Virus record (IMG/VR): IMGVR_UViG_3300012983_000037
Span: 35,870 to 99,869 of that record
Source: a virus
Taxonomy: Duplodnaviria; Caudoviricetes
Length of the DNA: 64,000 bases
Strand: one strand, 5' to 3'
Position numbers and translations under genes: made by a program. Below are positions 33,696-43,491 of this stretch, in pieces (the first letter of the stretch is position 1; every line of letters starts with the position of its first letter). A model generated the notes under the pieces. The model made no database searches, was not told the DNA's origin, and saw only the letters and a program-made list of their open reading frames with translations.

Positions 33696-34167
33696 TTTCT
33701 TTGTTTGTTTTATAAATTATTATTTCTTCTACACTATTCTTTAAAAGTTTGAATAGTTTTTGATTAGTTGTTGGACAATCTAATGGTCCACACTCTTCTT
33801 TATATGGGCCTAATTTCAAGTAGTCTAATACAGATATACTAAGTTTGTTATCTGATAGAAAATCCATAACTTCACTACCTGAATATAGAGCCCATTTAAC
33901 ATCTACTTCATCCCTAACTGCACGGATTAGTCTTTCTATTTCCCAAGGTTCTTTACCTTCACCCATAAAGCAAACACAGGTAATACCTTCATTCTTTTGA
34001 ATTAGTCTCTTTAATTCTACATATGTTAAAGGAGTTCCAATGTCTTTTCTTAAATGAGGAGAATGACATCCTTTACAATTATTTTGACAATTAGTAATGT
34101 TAATACAAAGGGAGATCTCATCTGGGATCTCCCTAAATCCTATATAACTACTGTGGTATTTTAACAT
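33673..34167 (-). CDS. nrdG: Anaerobic RNR activase (radical SAM)
   Basis: CQNNCKGCHS (CxxxCxxC), LKLGPY, TTNQ; next to nrdD. Confidence 0.88.
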   Translation of the reverse strand: MLKYHSSYIGFREIPDEISLCINITNCQNNCKGCHSPHLRKDIGTPLTYVELKRLIQKNEGITCVCFMGEGKEPWEIERLIRAVRDEVDVKWALYSGSEVMDFLSDNKLSISVLDYLKLGPYKEECGPLDCPTTNQKLFKLLKNSVEEIIIYKTNKENEIKDSN

Positions 34168-34357
34168 ATAATCCGCAACAGCACATGTCTTTTATCCTAT
34201 AATTACTACAAGGACACTCTACTTCATCTGAAGAGTTCTTACAAGGACATTCCCCATTGCACCTATTAATACTATTAATTATAGCATTTACCACTTTCTC
34301 ATTTGGGTTGAGTTGCCAACCTTCCTTGATATTACTCTTCGCTAATTCTATGTCCAT
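34148..34357 (-). CDS. Ferredoxin-thioredoxin reductase catalytic subunit-like protein
   Basis: 69 aa from ATG 34357; LNPN, CPC...CPC...CCCGLY pattern. Confidence 0.75.
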   Translation of the reverse strand: MDIELAKSNIKEGWQLNPNEKVVNAIINSINRCNGECPCKNSSDEVECPCSNYRIKDMCCCGLYVKIPQ

Positions 34358-36491
34358 TATGATATACTCTAGTTTTCTGCTCAATTCTTCTTCCTTGAGA
34401 CCAATTCTTAATTGCTGTAAGATAACCAATTACTCTATCCCACAAAGTAGTTTCAGTACTACCACACTTAGGACATTTTGTAAATGGCTGTTTAGCTATA
34501 AAGCCACAATTATCACACTCACAATTAGGAACATTGAAGGTAAAATACTTACATCCTACTAAAGCAGCATAATCTACAAGTAACTGATATTGCTTCTCAG
34601 AAAGATGAGAATCTAAGTTCAAATGTGCTGCAGAACCACCATCAAGCATATCACCACAGAAATCATTACCATGCAAATATAACTTATCAAAGATAGTTAT
34701 CTCTTCATCATTAGGTTTAAAGATGTAACTTGCATAGAGATTAGTGTCATCAGGAACCCAATATCCATCCTTCTTATCTCTATTATACATCTTTATACTT
34801 GCTGACTCACATGGTGTAAACTCTGTATTGAACATCTCTCTATTTGTTTTATGGAGAGTATTCTGCTCTTTTATAGTAGAGAAAATAAGATTACAGAAAT
34901 GTTTATATTCCTCATTCTTATTACATTCCATTCCTAGGAATTCAGCAGCCTGGTTCAATCCATTGATACCAATAGTAAGATACTGCTTCTGAAGAGCAAT
35001 GAATCCTGCTGAGTATACTGGCAACATTCCTGCATTGAATAGCTCATACAAGCATTCATTATATGCAGTTTGATACTTATATACTCTATCAAGAATACCC
35101 TCTAAGTATCTTGCAATACCAGGATATTCATCTTCAGGATGCTCTAAATACATTCTAGCATCATACTTAGTTCTTATATAATCTTGAACTATTCTATTAA
35201 GATTAAGAGTAATAACATTCTTACTGCCTGTCATTTCACCAAGTTGTCCATTAGTGAAATTAAACTGAGGCTTCTCAATCTTTGAAGAAAGTCTGCAACA
35301 AGAAGATAAACTATCAGCTGAATCACTTATATAAGTAAAGAATGAGTTTCCTTCTGAATACTCTTTACAAGTAAACTTATATAATTCATCATCTAAGAAT
35401 TTACCATCTTGATAAATAAGAGCTACTGATACTACAGGGAATGTAAGGATACACTTGAGCCTTTCTTGGTTTAGCCAATGTAGATACTCCTTTTGTAGCC
35501 AATTAAAGGAATCCCAATTAGGAGTAGTTCCATCAGGAAATTGAAAGTCACTATACATAGTGTTATAGAATGCTCTATCAAAAATAGATACATTCCAAAA
35601 TACACTCTGAGCACCCCTTGCTGCAGAAGGCTGGTTTATAGAATAAGTAATCTGCTGGAAATACTGATGAATCTGCTTCTTTATAGTAATATCTCTATTA
35701 GAGAATTGAGATATACACCTATCAAAGTATCTATGATAATCATCTCCCCATTCTTTTCTACAGAACCAATCCATACATAAGAAGAATCCAGGAGTTGCTA
35801 CAGCACCCTTATATTGAGCAGCAATAGCAAATACAAGATTAACAAACATTCCACAGAAACTGTCTATATTCTTAGGTGCTGCTGATAATCCACCCAAATC
35901 CTTAATACCATTAAGTAAGAATGGGTATAAACTAACTGCAACACAATAAGGCATACCAATCTGACTTGAAGAGTCGTGGAGATACATTACTGTATTAAAG
36001 TCTTTATGCATCTGAGAAGCATCAAAGTCTGGATACAACTCTCTAAGTTTATTCTCAAGGATCTTAAGATTAATACTTACATTATCCTCCTTATGAATCT
36101 CTGCATTAAGCACTGCTATATTATGGTTACTTACATTGCTATTATCATCAATAGTAGCATCTGCAGTATTACCACTTTCAGCATATCTATTTATAAAGTC
36201 AATCTTCTTCTGAGCATATTCTCTGATATTCTTATGCTTATCTCTATATAGAATATAAGCTTTAGCTGCTTCAAAGCATTTACTATCCATAAGGACCTTC
36301 TCTACAGAATCTTGAATAATCTCAACAGTAGTATTCTCAGTTATACTAGCAATCATGCTTTGTAACCTATTGAATACTTTTGTTGGGACTTCTTGACCTA
36401 CAGAACTAAAAGCCTTTTTAACAGCTAAGAATATCTTCTCAGAGTCAAAATCAACCATTCTATAATCTCTCTTTAATACTTTAATTGCCAT
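34332..36491 (-). CDS. nrdD: Class III anaerobic ribonucleotide reductase with ATP cone
   Basis: N-terminal ATP cone, SSCCRL, CxxC...CxxC, RVIGYL glycyl-radical loop. Confidence 0.93.
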   Translation of the reverse strand: MAIKVLKRDYRMVDFDSEKIFLAVKKAFSSVGQEVPTKVFNRLQSMIASITENTTVEIIQDSVEKVLMDSKCFEAAKAYILYRDKHKNIREYAQKKIDFINRYAESGNTADATIDDNSNVSNHNIAVLNAEIHKEDNVSINLKILENKLRELYPDFDASQMHKDFNTVMYLHDSSSQIGMPYCVAVSLYPFLLNGIKDLGGLSAAPKNIDSFCGMFVNLVFAIAAQYKGAVATPGFFLCMDWFCRKEWGDDYHRYFDRCISQFSNRDITIKKQIHQYFQQITYSINQPSAARGAQSVFWNVSIFDRAFYNTMYSDFQFPDGTTPNWDSFNWLQKEYLHWLNQERLKCILTFPVVSVALIYQDGKFLDDELYKFTCKEYSEGNSFFTYISDSADSLSSCCRLSSKIEKPQFNFTNGQLGEMTGSKNVITLNLNRIVQDYIRTKYDARMYLEHPEDEYPGIARYLEGILDRVYKYQTAYNECLYELFNAGMLPVYSAGFIALQKQYLTIGINGLNQAAEFLGMECNKNEEYKHFCNLIFSTIKEQNTLHKTNREMFNTEFTPCESASIKMYNRDKKDGYWVPDDTNLYASYIFKPNDEEITIFDKLYLHGNDFCGDMLDGGSAAHLNLDSHLSEKQYQLLVDYAALVGCKYFTFNVPNCECDNCGFIAKQPFTKCPKCGSTETTLWDRVIGYLTAIKNWSQGRRIEQKTRVYHNGHRISEE

Positions 36492-37533
36492 ATTTTAAAA
36501 TAAAATGTGCTAAGTTATTTGGCTCATTCTGCAAGATATCTTCAGGAACAGGAGCCTTAGATTTAAGATAGTAATCCAACTGCTTAACAATACCTCTCCA
36601 GTTAGTAAACTTAGTATTATTGATAATAAAGTCTACTTCTGTCTTAGTATAAGGCCACTCCCATACCAAAGGAGTTCTAGTTCTATTACAGATTACTATG
36701 AATCTATAATCAAGAATCTTAAAGTCCTTGAAGTACTCATCCTTCTCTATGTTCTGACGAATAATCTCAGCATAAAGATTTGCTTGAATGTAATATCTCC
36801 ATTCAATAAAGGACTTCCAGAAATTCCACTCTTCCTTATAACTAGTTTTCAAATCACAAGGAATAATAACCTTATTCTTATGGTCAACTATAATCAAGTC
36901 TGCCATAATTCTAAGAGGAATTCCTTCATACTCTCCCTTAAATTTCAGCTGATAAAGCCTCTCTATATCACTAGAGAAAGGATTATCCTTCTGAAAATAC
37001 CACTTAGTAGAGTTAGAATTCTTAAGGATATCAACACAATTAACCACATCTTGATACATTTCAGATGTAATTATCTGCTTATCTCCTGCTATATATAAAA
37101 GATTATAATAGTCAGAACCTTCTGTGATAACCTTTTTTACTCTAGTTTCTACTTTCCAATTCCTTTGGAATTCAAAAGTATCAACAAGAGCAGCTAATTT
37201 CTTTTCTGGAATATCTATAAGAGAAGTATATTCAGCACTAAACATATTGAATGCTTCATCTACAATCTTCCTTATAGCATCAGGTATAGAGTTAAAACTT
37301 GCTACCATAAATCTTTCATCAAAAGCCTTTTGTCCATCTGTAAGTAAGGTGTCAACACAACTTCCAAACAATAATGATGGACTTTCTACTTTATCAAACA
37401 AGGTTTCAAGTTTATCAAATCCTTCCCTATCAAATTTTGCTATAGTAGAATATGAATAGGCTGGATCTGCTCTATATTCATCTTCTTCAACAAGCCAACT
37501 AATTGATTTTAATGATTTTTCTATTTTAGACAT
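36481..37533 (-). CDS. PD-(D/E)xK exonuclease (RecE/ExoVIII-like)
   Basis: YSYSTI, FGSCVD, MADLI...CDLKT, YYIQANLY; likely start 37533. Confidence 0.75.
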   Translation of the reverse strand: MSKIEKSLKSISWLVEEDEYRADPAYSYSTIAKFDREGFDKLETLFDKVESPSLLFGSCVDTLLTDGQKAFDERFMVASFNSIPDAIRKIVDEAFNMFSAEYTSLIDIPEKKLAALVDTFEFQRNWKVETRVKKVITEGSDYYNLLYIAGDKQIITSEMYQDVVNCVDILKNSNSTKWYFQKDNPFSSDIERLYQLKFKGEYEGIPLRIMADLIIVDHKNKVIIPCDLKTSYKEEWNFWKSFIEWRYYIQANLYAEIIRQNIEKDEYFKDFKILDYRFIVICNRTRTPLVWEWPYTKTEVDFIINNTKFTNWRGIVKQLDYYLKSKAPVPEDILQNEPNNLAHFILKYGN

Positions 37534-37831
37534 AATCGTCATCTCCATATAATTCATTTTCAGAATAGCCTAATAATATAAGGTATGAATCTATTTCTGA
37601 TTTCAACTTCTCTAATTGAGCCAATGTCCTTTGTAGCAATAAACGCTCTTCAGAATAGTCATCTTCTATCTTATCTATTTTAGTTTCTAGTTTATAGATA
37701 TCAGACTTAACTAACTCTGAAAATGCTTCAAAGTTCCTCTCCTTGATGAACTTATTAGCAAACTTAATATCTTTCTCAGGAAGAAACTGGACTAGTTCCT
37801 CCATTCTTTGAACTGGCGATTTTTTCATCAT
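37526..37831 (-). CDS. Hypothetical coiled-coil protein
   Basis: 101 aa ORF in operon. Confidence 0.55.
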   Translation of the reverse strand: MMKKSPVQRMEELVQFLPEKDIKFANKFIKERNFEAFSELVKSDIYKLETKIDKIEDDYSEERLLLQRTLAQLEKLKSEIDSYLILLGYSENELYGDDDYV

Positions 37832-38264
37832 AAATACTTTTAATTGTGGATAAAGTTTTCTTTAAACCTTTCATAGTTTTAACTTCAAAGAAGTATGTAT
37901 CCTTCATTGTATCTATAAGCTTTAAGAAAAGCTTTCTCTTATATGGCCATAAATCATTAGGGTTTCCTTTTACCTCTATAATAAAAGTACAACCTCCTAA
38001 TGTTATAATAAAATCAGGTGTGTATACCCAATCTTGTAATTTCTTAGTATGACCATTCTTAGTTACAACAGGAAATCCTTCATAATAGTAAGGTTTTTGT
38101 AAGTAACAACCATCCCAGAGTATAAATGATTGAGATTCAAAATCAGGAGTAAATCCTGCATTAAGCATGGTTTGGTACATCCTTAATTCAGACTTACTCC
38201 TAAATTTAATACCATTATATATTACCTGAGTAGCATTAATAACTTTTCTGTTCTCAGAATCCAT
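37776..38264 (-). CDS. PD-(D/E)xK endonuclease (DUF1064/endonuclease I-like)
   Basis: GIKFRSKSE...YTPDF...IIEVKG. Confidence 0.8.
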   Translation of the reverse strand: MDSENRKVINATQVIYNGIKFRSKSELRMYQTMLNAGFTPDFESQSFILWDGCYLQKPYYYEGFPVVTKNGHTKKLQDWVYTPDFIITLGGCTFIIEVKGNPNDLWPYKRKLFLKLIDTMKDTYFFEVKTMKGLKKTLSTIKSIYDEKIASSKNGGTSPVSS

Positions 38265-38779
38265 TACTCAAACATTCTCATGTATACAGGCTTCAATACA
38301 TTGATAGCAAATAATGCATCATCTACTGACCTAAACAGAGCAATATTCTTCAGGTGATAATTCTCATTAATCTTGATAGGAAAAATGTATCCAGTAGGAA
38401 GTTCTATTGCAAACAATTCCTTAGATTTTCCAATATGTCCTTCATACTTAGCATCTAGCTCCAAAGCAACTTGCTTTGCAAGAAGTGAGAATACTGTAGC
38501 AGGAGCATAAGTCATAAGACAATTAAGAATTGTACCACAGTCTTCAAGTGTTATATGAAGTTTCTTAGCAAGTTTAGCTACATAGTAATCAAAATTTGTA
38601 GGTATCTTAGATGGACACTTATCTGTAAGTATACCATTAGATACAAGCATCTCAGCCATAGGCTCTGTTAATTGATTAGTCTTAAAACTAGTCACATAAC
38701 CATCTTCCTTAATTGAAATTTCATAAGGCTTGTTGAGGAAAACCTCTTTTCCTGTTTTTGAATCAAAATACTGTTTCAT
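38264..38779 (-). CDS. Hypothetical protein
   Basis: 171 aa ORF in operon. Confidence 0.6.
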   Translation of the reverse strand: MKQYFDSKTGKEVFLNKPYEISIKEDGYVTSFKTNQLTEPMAEMLVSNGILTDKCPSKIPTNFDYYVAKLAKKLHITLEDCGTILNCLMTYAPATVFSLLAKQVALELDAKYEGHIGKSKELFAIELPTGYIFPIKINENYHLKNIALFRSVDDALFAINVLKPVYMRMFE

Positions 38780-38792
38780 AATTAAATAACTT

Positions 38793-39437
38793 TTAAATCC
38801 ATTGTATAAATAAATTATTTTCTTTTAAGATGTTATCTACCTCAGAAAAAATGTTTGGGAGAAGTACATTATTTCTAGCACAATAAGATGGATGAACACA
38901 TGTAAAATACTTACAATTATTTAAGAATGGAATGAATGATTTCGCTTGGTTGCCAAATAGTACAAATATAGTATCTGGCTTATTTATAGATATGTTATTA
39001 AGAAGTTCACTAATGAAACTATTCCATATTAAAAAGTGACTTCCAGGATTGTTTATACCAACTGTTAAAGATGAATTTAACATAAAAACTCCTTGAGCAC
39101 ACCACGATTCTAAAGTACAGTCAAATCCATGTGGTAAGTCTTGACTATACTCTATCAATGAATCATAGATTACTCGTAAAGAAGGTGAATAATTACTACT
39201 TATAGTACCTGCTTTATTACCAAAAGCTATACCTGTAGCAACACCTTTTTGAGGATAGGGATCCATTCCTAGAAATACTACTTTTAGATTATTATAGTCA
39301 CATTTAGTGAACACCTTAAATACATCTTCATGTTTGGGAGTAAAGTCCCTCTCATTCCCTAATCTATTTAGGACTCTATTAAGAGTGTTTAAATTAATGA
39401 GAGGGAACCAATCTCCAAAAAATTCTTTTTCAGACAT
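38793..39437 (-). CDS. ung: Uracil-DNA glycosylase family 1
   Basis: KVVFLGMDPYP, ATGIAF, QGVFMLNSSLTV, HPS. Confidence 0.9.
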   Translation of the reverse strand: MSEKEFFGDWFPLINLNTLNRVLNRLGNERDFTPKHEDVFKVFTKCDYNNLKVVFLGMDPYPQKGVATGIAFGNKAGTISSNYSPSLRVIYDSLIEYSQDLPHGFDCTLESWCAQGVFMLNSSLTVGINNPGSHFLIWNSFISELLNNISINKPDTIFVLFGNQAKSFIPFLNNCKYFTCVHPSYCARNNVLLPNIFSEVDNILKENNLFIQWI

Positions 39438-40201
39438 TATGCATTTGTGTTTAAAATGTCTTCTACAAGTGCATCAAGGATTGCATTTGCTTCTGCCTGG
39501 AAATTAGTTGAAGGTTCTGTAGGATTACAAACAAATCTATCAAGATTCTCTATCTCTACTTTAACTGGTATCTCATACTGATAATCAATAGGTACAGCAC
39601 TAGTATGACAGTGAGGCATAGTATTTAATTCAGCTAAATAAGGAATCATCTTACTGATTATAAATTTCTTAGCAGTATCAATTCCTGTAGAGCTACTTGA
39701 AAATAGAGAATTAGATATTTTATAAACTATGTTTTTAATAGTCCACATTCCATCTTCTAATATCTTTATCTCATAGCAAGGTATTACTAGCGGATTAAAA
39801 TCCTTATCTAATAAAATATTACCGAATGAATAGTAGTAGCTGTCATTAATACAATGCTGTACACATCCTTCAGTGTTGCCATGGTTATTATACATCCACT
39901 TTAGAACAGTTGTAAGTCCCCTATGGCTTATACAACGGCCACTTGCTTTGTATATATTTCGTATAAACCTTCTAGTACCATCTGCTATAAAGTCGTTTAC
40001 CACAAACCTTGCAAACATTGTTGGAATTGTAAAATTCTTTTCACCTACAATATCTATTACAAAAAACTTTGTAAATACATTATGATTTAAAATACTAGCA
40101 TCAAGATTATTTTCATAACTTATGTTCATACCATAATTATGAGGTATAGAATCTGACAATCCTCTCATATAAGCTTTGACATTATGTGATAACTCTGCCA
40201 T
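39437..40201 (-). CDS. Hypothetical protein downstream of E1-like gene
   Basis: 254 aa, starts 3 nt after the ThiF gene ends. Confidence 0.6.
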   Translation of the reverse strand: MAELSHNVKAYMRGLSDSIPHNYGMNISYENNLDASILNHNVFTKFFVIDIVGEKNFTIPTMFARFVVNDFIADGTRRFIRNIYKASGRCISHRGLTTVLKWMYNNHGNTEGCVQHCINDSYYYSFGNILLDKDFNPLVIPCYEIKILEDGMWTIKNIVYKISNSLFSSSSTGIDTAKKFIISKMIPYLAELNTMPHCHTSAVPIDYQYEIPVKVEIENLDRFVCNPTEPSTNFQAEANAILDALVEDILNTNA

Positions 40202-40203
40202 AA

Positions 40204-41121
40204 TTACTCAGTTTTAAAGAACATAGTAGTACCATCATACCTTGTAAGGAATGGAACATCTCTAGGCATAATAGGATCACACATATTAGCACAGAAGTTC
40301 ACAAAAAGGTTAGTCATTACTGAACCAATCATATTAGCCATATAAGAAGTTTGCTTATAGCTACATACAGCTTCCTCTACATCACTATCATCAAATAACC
40401 AATTATCCCTATAATTATTTATAGCATAGTTATTATCTCCAGTAATACATAGAACTTGGAATTCTTCAGCATTTAATCTTCCATCAATAAATAGGCATTT
40501 AGATCTATCCTCTTCTGGTAATCCATTAACATGGTTAAGCCAACTGCGGAAGAAAATCTTTCTAGCTTCCATATTATCAAAACCACATATCATAATATTC
40601 TCAGAAGCATCATTTTCAGTAAACCTTCTATCAAATGCATATGTACTATAATAAGAAGAGAATTCTCTCATTTTAAGATTCATAGCAGTTACCTTAGGTC
40701 GTCCAATATCATGGACTCCATATAACTGACCTGCCATATTAACAGTTTCTACAGTATCTGGGTCATATATTGTTATAGATCTAGGCTTCATTCTTGATAG
40801 CAAGAATGCTACATAACTTCCAATTCCACCAACACCTGCTAATATAACATGCTGTTGCTGAATCTTTTCAAACCAAATAGCACTACTAAATCTTGAAGTA
40901 GTCTGAATGATTTCAGTTGTAGAGTTAGTAGGAATAGGAGGTTCATTACCTTCTACATCTACTGCATTATCCATTTCACTAGGATGCATTTCTCCATTTT
41001 CAGATCTCATTCTGTTTATTACAGAGCCAACCACATTAGCCCATTCAGAATTGACTACATTATTAGAAACATTAGTTTGAATATCTGTATATGATTCTGG
41101 TGTTACACTAGTTGTATTCAT
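40204..41121 (-). CDS. ThiF/E1-like adenylating enzyme
   Basis: GVGGIGS, YDPDTVETVNMAGQ, CGFDNMEAR, IDGR, candidate catalytic Cys in EAVCSYKQT. Confidence 0.88.
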   Translation of the reverse strand: MNTTSVTPESYTDIQTNVSNNVVNSEWANVVGSVINRMRSENGEMHPSEMDNAVDVEGNEPPIPTNSTTEIIQTTSRFSSAIWFEKIQQQHVILAGVGGIGSYVAFLLSRMKPRSITIYDPDTVETVNMAGQLYGVHDIGRPKVTAMNLKMREFSSYYSTYAFDRRFTENDASENIMICGFDNMEARKIFFRSWLNHVNGLPEEDRSKCLFIDGRLNAEEFQVLCITGDNNYAINNYRDNWLFDDSDVEEAVCSYKQTSYMANMIGSVMTNLFVNFCANMCDPIMPRDVPFLTRYDGTTMFFKTE

Positions 41122-41123
41122 AA

Positions 41124-42335
41124 TTACTTGTTATAAGATTCTAAACATTCAAATATATATGCAATATACTTATTTACATTACAATCTGCTATAGTATCCT
41201 CCTTAAAGGCTTTTAATACTAACTCCTGAAGATACACTGCTACTTTAAGAGCTATTTCAAAAGCAGCGGTATCAACCTCTATAGCCTTACCATCATATAC
41301 ATAACTATCTGCAGCAGAGAATATTATGGTATCACAAACCTGATAAAGCCAATCCTGGAATACAGAAAATCCTCCCTCATCTTTACCAAACCTTCTATCA
41401 AAAGCCTTCTCCATATTAGTAGTAATCCACGCATCTACTTTAGTGAATTTACTAAAATTATCATATGTAAGAAGGATATTGCCATATAACAACTGAACAG
41501 CTATTTCCTTAATATAATTTTCAGTTTCTTCTGTATCAAAGTCTTTATTTGAAAATAAAGTAGGTTCTTTTGGTTTCTCTTCCACTTTAGGAGTTTTAAC
41601 TGTAGTAGGGACTTCAGGCTTTCTTGTCGTAAAGAATCTATCCTCATAGTCCATATACTTAGGACCACTAAAGGTATTCCTTTTAGCTGATATAAGCTCA
41701 CTAAACCTTTCAGATATAGACTTCTTAATCTCAGCATAAGGATTATTAACCTTTATATTAAGATCTATATACTGAATGTATTCTTTAGTACCTGTCTTTA
41801 CATTTTCAATTGCAGATACCTCTTCTCCATCGTATGTAGTATACTTAATGCGTCTAATACCTTCAATTTCCTCAATAATTCTCCTAGTTACCCTAGCAAC
41901 ATAGGTTCCTTCATTATTAACTACTAATGAAAGGAAATGAATAGTCTGCTCACCCTCTTCTGCAAGAGTGTTGGCATCTGTACCACTAAAGAAAGCTTTC
42001 ATATTATTATGAGAGTGAATCAATCCTGTCTTGCAATCAAGAAGATCGTTTTCCATCATGTATGAGCATATCTCAGGAGTTTCCTTATAGTTAGTAAATC
42101 CCGCAGTACCAATATCCATAACAAAGAAATCTCTTACTGTAAATTCTATATCTTTATTCTCAAAAGAGCCCTCAACAGTATAGAAAAGTGTACCACTCCA
42201 TTCAGTGGATGGGTTAAGCATACACCACTGTCTAATTCTAAATTCTACACTATCTGGAATTACAAGATTATATGAATCTGTACTTCCTATTAATGGAGTT
42301 TTCGGAGCTGGAGTTTTCGTAAAATTTGTTTCCAT
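41124..42335 (-). CDS. JAB/MPN metallo-isopeptidase
   Basis: EWSG...IHSHNNMKAFFSGTD (E...HxH...S..D JAMM motif). Confidence 0.85.
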   Translation of the reverse strand: METNFTKTPAPKTPLIGSTDSYNLVIPDSVEFRIRQWCMLNPSTEWSGTLFYTVEGSFENKDIEFTVRDFFVMDIGTAGFTNYKETPEICSYMMENDLLDCKTGLIHSHNNMKAFFSGTDANTLAEEGEQTIHFLSLVVNNEGTYVARVTRRIIEEIEGIRRIKYTTYDGEEVSAIENVKTGTKEYIQYIDLNIKVNNPYAEIKKSISERFSELISAKRNTFSGPKYMDYEDRFFTTRKPEVPTTVKTPKVEEKPKEPTLFSNKDFDTEETENYIKEIAVQLLYGNILLTYDNFSKFTKVDAWITTNMEKAFDRRFGKDEGGFSVFQDWLYQVCDTIIFSAADSYVYDGKAIEVDTAAFEIALKVAVYLQELVLKAFKEDTIADCNVNKYIAYIFECLESYNK

Positions 42336-43449
42336 AATAATAATTAATTGATTTTGTTAATAATGTTGCAATGTATCCAAGTATCTCATTGCTTAGTAAT
42401 GTTGTTGTAGTACATATACTATTTGAATCTTCTTCTACTTCTACACTTACAGGATTTCCTTTAAATGTGAATAATGTTCTGCCTATTATAGAGTTTGCAT
42501 CTGAAGTAGACCTTCTACCTGAAGTAGGTTCTTCTATTTTATTATCCCTTATAAGATAATTACTTAAGATACTTTTTGCTCTAAGTTCATTAAGCATGTC
42601 TTCATATCTATAAGGGTTACTTCCAAGATTAAGCCATTCTATAAACTTGTTTGAAACAAATAAAGCAAAGTCTAGATACGGCATTGCTATCATATAACTC
42701 TTATTATCATAGCAGAATGGTATATCATTATGCCTTATAAAGTATTCAATGAAATCATGAAACAATGATCTAAAGGATGTTTGAACAGGCCAACTAAATA
42801 CAGTAAAATACTTATTTATTCTTGGATTTTCCCTATAAGGTAATGATGTTATATTAGACATTCTTCTCCAAGGACCTCCTGCTAAAGATTCTGTTTGAAC
42901 ATATGACTCTAATTCAAAACAATATAACTGCCATACATTTAAATCATACTCAGTACATAAGGTTGATATAGTCTGTCTAATAGGTCCAGAACCTAAACAA
43001 CAAGAAAGCCAAGGAGAGTTTGTAGAAAGTAAAGGAAGACCATTACAATGTGAGTGCATGTAATCTGCAAGTATATGCGACTTATAGAAATGAGATCTAC
43101 TTAAAGTAAATGCATTACTAAGTACACAAGTACTATCCTCTCTCTGAACATCATAACGAATTAATAGTGTTTGTTTTGCAAATATATTTTTGACAAATAC
43201 ACTATTACCCTTTTCGTTAGTAATAGTCACCTCAGGAAACTTCACTATTATATCTACACTATTATGATATGATGAAAGATGACTTAACATTGATGGGACA
43301 TTTAAAATGCCACGATTCCTGAGATCTTCAAATTTAGGAATATTAATGTCAACATTCTCTTCTCCAAAATGATTATTGAAGATTTCCAACACTGAGAATG
43401 CAGAAGAGAAGTATGTATTATACGCCTCTTGTATATTTCCAATGCTCAT
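42268..43449 (-). CDS. Putative prokaryotic E2-like conjugating protein
   Basis: YMHSHCNG...SCCLG resembles the E2 HxH/N...CLG active site; sits between Ubl and JAB genes. Confidence 0.55.
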   Translation of the reverse strand: MSIGNIQEAYNTYFSSAFSVLEIFNNHFGEENVDINIPKFEDLRNRGILNVPSMLSHLSSYHNSVDIIVKFPEVTITNEKGNSVFVKNIFAKQTLLIRYDVQREDSTCVLSNAFTLSRSHFYKSHILADYMHSHCNGLPLLSTNSPWLSCCLGSGPIRQTISTLCTEYDLNVWQLYCFELESYVQTESLAGGPWRRMSNITSLPYRENPRINKYFTVFSWPVQTSFRSLFHDFIEYFIRHNDIPFCYDNKSYMIAMPYLDFALFVSNKFIEWLNLGSNPYRYEDMLNELRAKSILSNYLIRDNKIEEPTSGRRSTSDANSIIGRTLFTFKGNPVSVEVEEDSNSICTTTTLLSNEILGYIATLLTKSINYYYGNKFYENSSSENSINRKYRFI

Positions 43450-43455
43450 AATACT

Positions 43456-43486
43456 AAAAAAATAAGGGAGTTATTTCTAACTCCCT
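43456..43486 (-). terminator. Intrinsic terminator after Ubl-like gene
   Basis: AGGGAGTTA-GAAA-TAACTCCCT then TATTTTTTT on minus strand. Confidence 0.8.
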
Positions 43487-43491
43487 AATTA

